This document shows, piece by piece, positions 1 through 6,682 of a stretch of 7,539 nt of DNA (its first letter is position 1; every line of letters begins with the position of its first letter). The translations under genes were made by a program, and so were the position numbers. The notes beneath the pieces were generated by a model. That model worked only from the letters and a program-made list of their open reading frames with translations. It ran no database searches and was not told the DNA's origin. Location: the NCBI GenBank assembly GCA_001179505.1, contig CDMY01000972.1, forward strand, positions 1 to 7,539, read 5' to 3'. The stretch comes from Vitrella brassicaformis CCMP3155. Taxonomy: Eukaryota > Protista > Chromerida.

Positions 1-1955
1 GAGGGTGTGAACGGTCTGCAGCCGAACCAGGACCTGGTCAACGCCTATGCGATAGAGGCCAAGCAGGACGGCATCAGAGCGGAGCCCAGAGAGGCCTGGG
101 ATTCCGTGAACCGAATGGCCACCGATGCCGGGGCCGACCGAATCCACTCGGCCTTCCTGCAGTAAGTCCATCATGCACACAATCATAAGGCAATGCATTG
201 TTCGCTTCCTGCCCTTGTTGCCGTCAGGCGTGCTATCCCTGCGTTGACCGCAGTGGCCTCGTCTAACCCTCGGGGCGGTAACGGCCAGCCCAAACTCACT
301 CAGCTCGGCGGGTAGGATCAATCTGTACCGATCCCCTTCCCGCTCTCTGTGTGTATGCTGTGTGTGTCTATGCAGCTCGTTGGAGGGCATCTTGCGTTGT
401 CAGAGCAGCGCCCTGCAGGCGCTGCACCATTCCTTCAACTTTTACTTCTTCACCAGACCCAACAGCCACGTGTCGTCGGGCCTCTACCTCTACCCCGTGT
501 TCGGCATGCTCATGCCGCTCGCCGCAGCGGTCAGCCAATGGATGGATGGATGGATTTGTCTGTCTTGGCTGGTGCTGGTTTGGTCGTCAGACGTTTCAGT
601 GTCGGGTGTTTAGTGACGTGGGAGCTGTGATGCTTGGCGCGACCGTCATGCTCTCGGGCCTCATCGCAGGCAGCCTCACGTCTTTTGCACTCGCCACACA
701 GGTGAGATCGGTCACACACAGCCAGAAAGCGGACAACTTTGGTTTGTATGTTGGCCCTTGTCTCTTCTTCAGAGTGGTCTCGTGGACGAGCTGTCATCTT
801 GGGGCAGTGGGGGTCTGCTCCCATCAGCACCCTCCCTCCTTCGCTGGGCGCATGCAGGCCCCCTCACCCCGTCATGCACACCAGCAGCTGCACACGACAA
901 GCGCCAAGTGCGGATGGCCAGAAAGGTCAGTAAATCGAGAGGCTGCACTCCACGGCACCGCACCCCTCACTGTGTGCTGTGCTGTGTGTTGCAGAAGGCG
1001 TCTGTGTGGCTGTGGGTGGCGCTCATGGGCTACGCCGCCGTCGGTCTTGTCTGTTTGGTCAGTGAGGCGCTCATTCGACAGCCACGAACATCAGGCCAGC
1101 CGGCGACGACAGTGGGGCAAAGGGAAACACAGCGACGGCTGAAGGGGAGCCGAGCATCCGTGAGATGCCGCCACTGTGGATGTGCGTCAAGAGTGTGGCG
1201 AGGGCGATGGCCATTCTCACATTGGCACCACTCACGGTGAGCCAGCCAAACCGAATCCATCCATCCATCCATTGATTTGTCGTTGACCCCATTCCCTTTT
1301 TGTTTAGGTGTACAACTGGGCTGCGTCAGTGTACTTGACGCCATTAGTGGTGCCGCCGCTGCTGCTGGTGGAGCCACTCACCTCACTCATCGATGCGCCA
1401 CAGCAGCAGCAGACGACCGCCCAATCGCCCCCGCAGCACAACGGCAGATGGCGGTGGAAATGGCGGCCTCGGCTGCGACGAAGCCATCTGTTCGTCCTGC
1501 CCTATCTCCTGCTCACATGGCTGCTACTCTTCGACGCCAACCTGTCGCACAAAAAGGGAGACAGCCCTGCCCACGGCAGCACAATGGCGGAGCGGGTATT
1601 GCACATCCGTCACGAGGCCATCCGTCTCATCGGCCACAGCGTCGCCTCAGTGGCCTCACTGCTGCTGTCCGTCTGGTCGCATTATGTGCCCCGGCAGTTC
1701 GCCAAGTACGGGCCAAGACGGCTGCTGGCCTGGCTCCGGCAGGTGGGGGAGGCCGTCGCTGAACAGACCAGCCCTTTGCCACACGAGCGGCCGCTGTTTG
1801 CGGTGTATCGCATGGCTCAGGACTATCGGTGTGTGGAGGGCATGAGCATGGCGGTGGTGTGGTTCGTGTACGTGCCGTTTCTGTTTGCCGTGGTGCTGGT
1901 GCTGATGCTGCCAGAGAGGGGCAGGGGGTGGGGGGAGGCGGGGAGGGCAAGGTGA
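1..1955 (+). CDS. GPAA1: GPI transamidase component GPAA1/GAA1, 5'-partial. Exons <1-161, 228-311, 376-529, 591-701, 773-925, 995-1061, 1133-1236, 1308-1955 (493 aa visible)
   Basis: The manually spliced translation contains motifs I recognise from the GAA1 family: EGVNGLQPNQDLVN (cf. EGLNGQLPNLDL) and SLEGILRCQSSALQALHHSFNFYFFT..SHVSSGLYLYP (cf. LEG.FR.LNNLLERLHQSFFFY..RFVSIGLY.P). Several hydrophobic segments follow (LWMCVKSVARAMAILTLAPLTVYNWAASVYLTPLVVP; MAVVWFVYVPFLFAVVLVLML). GT-AG introns of 61-71 nt join the exons in frame (1482 nt). The boundaries at 925/995 and 1061/1133 are less certain. Confidence 0.9.
536..556. repeat. (GGAT)n microsatellite in GPAA1 intron 3
   Basis: caatggatggatggatggatt read directly. 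Confidence 0.9.
1254..1274. repeat. (ATCC)n microsatellite in GPAA1 intron 7, exact reverse complement of 536-556
   Basis: aatccatccatccatccattg read directly. Confidence 0.9.
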
Positions 1956-2856
1956 AGACGAGCTGAATGTGAATGCAATGCATTGGTTGGTGCATGGAAA
2001 GGTGTACGCGTGTGTACAGCTGGTGGAAAGACGGACTGACGACTGTTCTATTCCTGGGGGGATAAGTGCAAGTGAGGTGGGCGTGTGACGGTTCGAGTGG
2101 ATCGATGTGTCGTGATTGTGTCGAGACTCATTCATACAGCGTTTGTGTGTCGGTGTGTCACTTGGACGTTGTCTCATTCTCTGTCGTTGTTAGTTTCCGC
2201 GTGCCCGTCTTACCTCCAACCTGACGGCCTCATAAGGGTGGAGGTGAGACGGGCACGCGGCAACTAGCAAGGACAGACAGACAGCCGCAGCAATCTAACA
2301 ATCATACAATCTCGAAGCGATGCATGTGCCCAAATGGCGTGTGTCTACGCTCTCACCTTGGCGTCTAGGAGGTGCGCAGTCAGTGAGTACAATTGCCATC
2401 CAATATAAAATGCAGGCAACGATTCTGACTCCCTCTCCTACGCAGCACAACAAAGGGCAAAGGACAGAAGACCGCTTTGGAATTCCGTGTCGTGTCTGTC
2501 TCTGTCGTCTGTGTGCCGCTGACCAAAATCAGCGCGTTTCAAACCCCACCATCGCTGGCTCCTCGATGACCTCCGCTCGCCCGCATCCTCACGGTGGCCC
2601 TCCACACCATCGTCCGTCGCACTGGGGGCTGGGGCGGAGAGGGAGAGGGAGAGGGATGTGGTGCAGACTGCCCTCTCCTCCCTCCATCGCTGGACGCGTG
2701 CTCTGATGGTGTCCAAGTTGGCAGGCGCCAGGGGGCCCATCATGGCGGCGGCACCCAGGAAGCGGTGCCGCCGCCGATGATGACCCACACCGTCCCGACG
2801 AGACACGCAATCAGCATCGCTTCGCAGGAGGGAAAAGAGCGCCTCTTGAACGCCCC

Positions 2857-3548
2857 CTAGTGCTCCTCTGCTTGCTTGCTGGCAGCCTCGCCTGCCTGAG
2901 CCGCCTGTCTCTCGAGCTTCTCCTCGACCTCAGACAGCTGCTGCGACAGCTCGTCCGTCCCCTTCTTGGCCTCCTCCACTTGCCGATAGAGGTCGCTGGC
3001 GCGTTGCTCGGCGGCCGGCTCGTCTGGGGGCGCACCCTGTACGTCGACCGCGCCCGCTGTGGCTTTCCCGGCTGATTCCTGAGAGAGAGAGAGAGAGAGA
3101 GAGAAGTGGCTGATGCTGTGCCTAAGATGGCCCTCACCTCTGGCACAGCCAATTCGGGGTTCCAGAGCCGTTGCCCTGTCGCATACCTCACAGAAGGCGA
3201 TGAGCAATGGTTGACCCCTCCGCCAAGCGGCATACCTGAGCACTCATCAACCCGAGTACTCTCGCCTTGGCCCTCCTGATCTCCCTCAGGAAACGCTGGA
3301 CCTCCTCGTCCTCCTCTTCGGCCTTGTCGGACCTTGCGACTGCGAATACGTGTAATCGCACAAAGACAGGGTTCATGCCGTCGCTCTATCGTGTTCTGTC
3401 CTTAGAGTCTCTCATGTCTACCGACATCGGCGAAGTCCACGCCGTTCCGCAGGTCCTGCCGCAGCTGTGTGATGGCCTTCAGCGGCCCCCTCTCGAAGAG
3501 GTTGACCGTGAAGACCATCACACAGGCTATCGTCTCGTCCAAACTCAT
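2857..3548 (-). CDS. Hypothetical ~150-aa protein with C-terminal coiled coil. Exons 3548-3422, 3339-3236, 3078-2857
   Basis: ATG at 3548 has an upstream in-frame TAG. Donors GTAGAC (3421) and GTATGC (3235), and acceptors ttcgcag (3340) and (TC)n-cag (3079), join in frame to give MSLDETIACVMVFTVNLFERGPLKAITQLRQDLRNGVDFADVVARSDKAEEEDEEVQRFLREIRRAKARVLGLMSAQESAGK...LYRQVEEAKKGTDELSQQLSEVEEKLERQAAQAGEAASKQAEEH*. Codons are G/C-ending. No family recognised; an additional upstream exon is possible. Confidence 0.7.
3081..3104. repeat. (GA)12 microsatellite forming the polypyrimidine tract of the minus-strand intron acceptor at 3079
   Basis: 24 nt of perfect GA repeat directly abutting the CAG acceptor on the minus strand. 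Confidence 0.95.
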
Positions 3549-3855
3549 GTTCTCGAGGGGGGAGCACCGGAGGGGCTACGATGGGGCAACGATGGGCTCC
3601 TGCTTTTTCTTGCCTCAAGGGACTTGGAGGAGCAAGAAGGAAAACCGCGAGGAGCCAAAGGCGCAGAGAAACGGTGCAGATTGCTGCCGAATAAAGAAAA
3701 TGTGCCTCTTTTGAGAACCGTCTCGAATTCTCGCCAACAAGAAATTTACACGAGCGGACCGGATGTGGCCAGCCAACGTCATCGTGTCTCCCCCGCGTGC
3801 CAGCCCACCCTTCGCAATTGCCCGTGTGTCTCAGCACATGCAGGCAACGGGCCTG

Positions 3856-4090
3856 CAATACAAGCGACTTGTACGCCAAAGCTGGCCCTGCGGCCGGAAG
3901 GCTGCATGTCCGCTCGTGGGGCCAGCCCTGCAGACACAGGGCCAGCCCTGCACTCACAGGGCCAGCCCTGCACAGATGGCCAGCCTTGCACTCACAGGGC
4001 TGGACATCCACCTGCAAGGCTGGCCCCACGGGCAGACATGCCAGCCTTCCTGCCGCAGGGCCAGCTTTGGCGCACAAGCCGCGCCTATTG
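3856..4090. mobile_element. Foldback / MITE-like non-autonomous element candidate (long inverted arms plus internal tandem repeats)
   Basis: 3856-3933 aligns to the reverse complement of 4012-4090 with 9 mismatches and 1 gap over 79 columns (hand alignment). Ends are CAATA...TATTG with TG on both flanks. The inverted repeat is seen directly; mobility is inferred. Confidence 0.5.
3919..3996. repeat. Four tandem copies of a ~20-bp unit (GGGCCAGCCCTGCACTCACA consensus)
   Basis: Units at 3919-3938, 3939-3958, 3959-3977 and 3978-3996 read directly. Confidence 0.9.
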
Positions 4091-4622
4091 TGCTGGAACG
4101 AAAGATGCAGTCCCCACATTGGCAATGATGTAATCCCAGAGGCGCGGGGGTGGGCTTTTTATACACCATGCACGAAGCTTTTGACCAGTTTCTGCTTCCG
4201 TTGCACTGGGTGATGAGCCACAGGCCCGCAGCGGCTGATGGGATGAGTAGGTGCCGGGAGACATACATGCTTTTATACATGCCAAAAGGTGGCTGCATCG
4301 AGTGTTTCAAGCTGGTTCAGGTGCCAGCGACTTGACCACCTCTGAATGAGTCTCTAGTCTGCAGAGTGGGGAAGGACGCACCTCACTACAGGTGGAGTGA
4401 CGTGTTTCCTTCCCCTTGGCAAGACTGGACAACTCGGAAGGTGTCGCAAGGGGTAAGCTATAGGCTTTGACATGAGGTGCGAGTATGAGTAGGCTATGAA
4501 TATGAGCATACACTGTTTCAGCTTCATGCAGGCCCTCAGCTTCAATCACAGCTCGGTTCGTGTGCCAAGCTGATCATGAGCGCTCATTTTATGACATTGG
4601 TTGCGCCCAGTTTATGACGGAC

Positions 4623-4677
4623 GTGTGTTTGTGTGTGTGTATGTGTGTCACTGTGTGTGTATCTGTGTCACTGTGTG
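4623..4677. repeat. Imperfect (TG)n microsatellite
   Basis: gtgtgtttgtgtgtgtgtatgtgtgtcactgtgtgtgtatctgtgtcactgtgtg read directly. Confidence 0.85.
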
Positions 4678-4681
4678 CGCA

Positions 4682-4736
4682 TGGTTGGTTGCAGTCAAAT
4701 GAGTCTGTGGTTGGTTGCAGTCAAATGAGTCTGTGG
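4682..4736. repeat. Perfect 26-bp tandem duplication (TGGTTGGTTGCAGTCAAATGAGTCTG x2 plus TGG)
   Basis: 4682-4707 is identical to 4708-4733. Confidence 0.95.
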
Positions 4737-4942
4737 CGACTATCGCCCATTGCACACTCTACTGCCCTGGTTTCCCACAAGTACAGCAAACGGAGGCCAC
4801 GTCAGGTGGAGCGAGTAAAATCAACTGGTGCAGCGGCTCGGCAAACAGACAAACGACGAAGTAAAAAGCCACAGAAGATCCCTGCTCAAAGACAGACACG
4901 CCGTGTGCATTCTCGTCCCGTGTCCCTTTGTCTGGCTTGCAG

Positions 4943-5650
4943 CTCACCGTGAATGGCTTGCCTTTCTTCGAGAAAGAGAACGCCCAGCTCGTCACAACCC
5001 CTCTCTCCCAAGGAGCCGAAGAGCTTCCTGCTTGTCCTGCAGCGATACCGTCCTTCATCTCCGCGCGCCGTGGCAGACCCGGGGGAGTTACGACGGAGAA
5101 GCACACTGCAATGGCGACCAGCGTCGTCCCACTGTTACTTGCTCCATCTCTCGGCAGCTCTTCTATCAGCCATTCGCCTTCAACGTCCACCTTTCCACAC
5201 TCGTTGGCTGGCTTTGGCGTTCGTCGACAACTTCTCTGTCGGCTGACTGAAGGCAGTGTCGATGGCGGAGCCGAAGAACGACTGATCAACTCTCAGCTGG
5301 CCGGCTCTTCCGCGGTGTTGCCCTCCGACTGTTGCTGTTGGCGGTCGGATGGAAGTCCTGATGCAGGTCGCTGCTCGGAGGTTTCTCTCTCAGCCGCTCC
5401 CCTTTGTGACTTGCACACTGATTTGCTGCGGCCTCGGCCCTCCCCTGACCCTGACAGGCTCCACCGGCTGCAGGCCTTGGCCGCTGCGGCTCTTGCTCCG
5501 CCACTCTTGTCTTGCGGCTGGCTGAAAGGAAGCAATAGAGGAGCCGAAGGGCGACTGTTCAGCTCGGCAGTGCCGCAGCTCTCATGTGCTGTCATCATCC
5601 GTTGTTGTCACACACTCGCCTCCGTTCTGCAGGAGCTGAGTGTCGACTGA
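4943..5650 (+). CDS. Possible coding exon/ORF of unknown, Ser/Ala/Pro-rich product (LTVNGLPFFEKENAQLV...LQELSVD*); possibly a splice-defective copy
   Basis: A 240-codon open frame follows a good acceptor (tctcgtcccgtgtccctttgtctggcttgcag at 4942). Other frames and the opposite strand are also largely open, so strand and frame are not secure. No domain recognised. Confidence 0.3.
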   Translation, partial: LTVNGLPFFEKENAQLVTTPLSQGAEELPACPAAIPSFISARRGRPGGVTTEKHTAMATSVVPLLLAPSLGSSSISHSPSTSTFPHSLAGFGVRRQLLCRLTEGSVDGGAEERLINSQLAGSSAVLPSDCCCWRSDGSPDAGRCSEVSLSAAPLCDLHTDLLRPRPSPDPDRLHRLQALAAAALAPPLLSCGWLKGSNRGAEGRLFSSAVPQLSCAVIIRCCHTLASVLQELSVD

Positions 5651-6382
5651 CTGCAATGGTGGCCAGCTAAAGAGAGGAAGGAGGGAGGCGTCAGCCGAAG
5701 GAGGGAGGGAGGGAGCTGGCAAGCTTAGCTCGGAAGTGAAAAAAAATAAGGCTCTCTCACAAGGGAAAAAAAGAAGCAGAGCTACGACGCGTGCAGTGCT
5801 ATCCTCCTCACCCCTTCCCTGATCTACGCCATTTCTGTCGGCGGTTGAGTCGCACCTGTGCTGCCGACACGAGGATGCTGCCCTGTGCGAGATGGGATGT
5901 GCGCCGGCTCTCGTGGCTCATGAGGCGTCCTGGGCGTGCCAGATCTGGTGCTGCTGCTGGTGCGCGGCGTGTGGTCTCCCCGAGGGAGTCGATCTCTAGC
6001 CTTGGAGCTTCGGCTCTTGCTAAAGTGTCCTTCGCTGCGTGTCACAGCCACAGTTCGGCGTTCTTACCGAAGGGCAATCTTATTGGCTCCAAGTTTTTTG
6101 ATCGACAGCTCGCTTTTGGGGGCGCTATAGGAGAAGATGGGAAATTGCTTCCCGAGAGTAAGAGTGGGGAGGTGTGAGGGGTGGTGTTGCTGTGGTAGAC
6201 AGCAAGACGACCACTCACACCCTCCCCATGTGCCCGAATCGACCGCCCAGCCCAACGCGTCCAAGGAGAGACGGGAGGAGGAAGGGGAGCGGCCACCAGA
6301 GCCGTCTCAGGACCCTCAGCGTCACGAGAAGGTGGAGGAGCCTGCCCCACCTGCCCGACCCCCTCGCGAGTCCGTCGTGATG
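5495..6382. repeat. Copy A of a ~0.9-kb direct duplication flanking the gap
   Basis: Matches 6683-7539 (offset 1188 at the start, 1183 after two small indels). About 8 substitutions and 2 indels in the first ~315 nt, then identical by eye from ~5810 to 6356. Confidence 0.95.
6137..6382 (+). CDS. 5' part of a hypothetical protein starting MGNCFPR, then QDDHSHPPHVPESTAQPNASKERREEEGERPPEPSQDPQRHEKVEEPAPPARPPRESVVM; runs into the gap
   Basis: ATG in gagaagATGG context with an in-frame TAG at 6128-6130. Candidate 45-nt phase-0 intron 6158-6202 (GTAAGA..CAG). The downstream frame is about 70% G/C-ending and Glu/Pro-rich. Confidence 0.5.
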
Positions 6383-6682
6383 NNNNNNNNNNNNNNNNNN
6401 NNNNNNNNNNNNNNNNNNNNNNNNNNNNNNNNNNNNNNNNNNNNNNNNNNNNNNNNNNNNNNNNNNNNNNNNNNNNNNNNNNNNNNNNNNNNNNNNNNNN
6501 NNNNNNNNNNNNNNNNNNNNNNNNNNNNNNNNNNNNNNNNNNNNNNNNNNNNNNNNNNNNNNNNNNNNNNNNNNNNNNNNNNNNNNNNNNNNNNNNNNNN
6601 NNNNNNNNNNNNNNNNNNNNNNNNNNNNNNNNNNNNNNNNNNNNNNNNNNNNNNNNNNNNNNNNNNNNNNNNNNNNNNNNNN
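6383..6682. other. Assembly gap (300 N)
   Basis: Run of N characters. Confidence 1.

Noticed and set aside
349-1377. Long unspliced ORFs (351-1142, 349-630, 531-830, 1030-1377 etc.)
   Set aside because: They are composites of GPAA1 exons and introns, or antisense shadows of GC-rich coding sequence.
1277-2177. ORFs 1277-1762, 1393-1845, 1627-1995 and 1656-2177
   Set aside because: Alternative-frame or antisense shadows of the last GPAA1 exon; no independent coding signal.
3137-3186. Extra donor-like sites (GTATGC at 3186 and a GTGAGG nearby) inside intron 2 of the minus-strand gene
   Set aside because: Reading on from exon 2 hits TGA before or at the 3186 site, and no good upstream acceptor defines a cassette exon.
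3919-3996. 20-bp repeats as a CRISPR array
   Set aside because: The units are adjacent with no unique spacers, there are no cas genes, and the context is eukaryotic.
3267-4213. 288-aa (+), 235-aa (-) and other ORFs across the foldback element
   Set aside because: Openness is explained by the antisense of the coiled-coil gene plus GC-rich, stop-poor repeats; no transposase or other domain recognised.
4210-4345. Possible C/D-box snoRNA (GTGATGA at 4210, CTGA at 4235 and 4342)
   Set aside because: No terminal stem visible; such short motifs arise by chance. An Rfam or snoscan search would be needed.
4576-4587. 12-bp perfect palindrome ATGAGCGCTCAT
   Set aside because: Isolated, short enough to be chance, and without supporting context.
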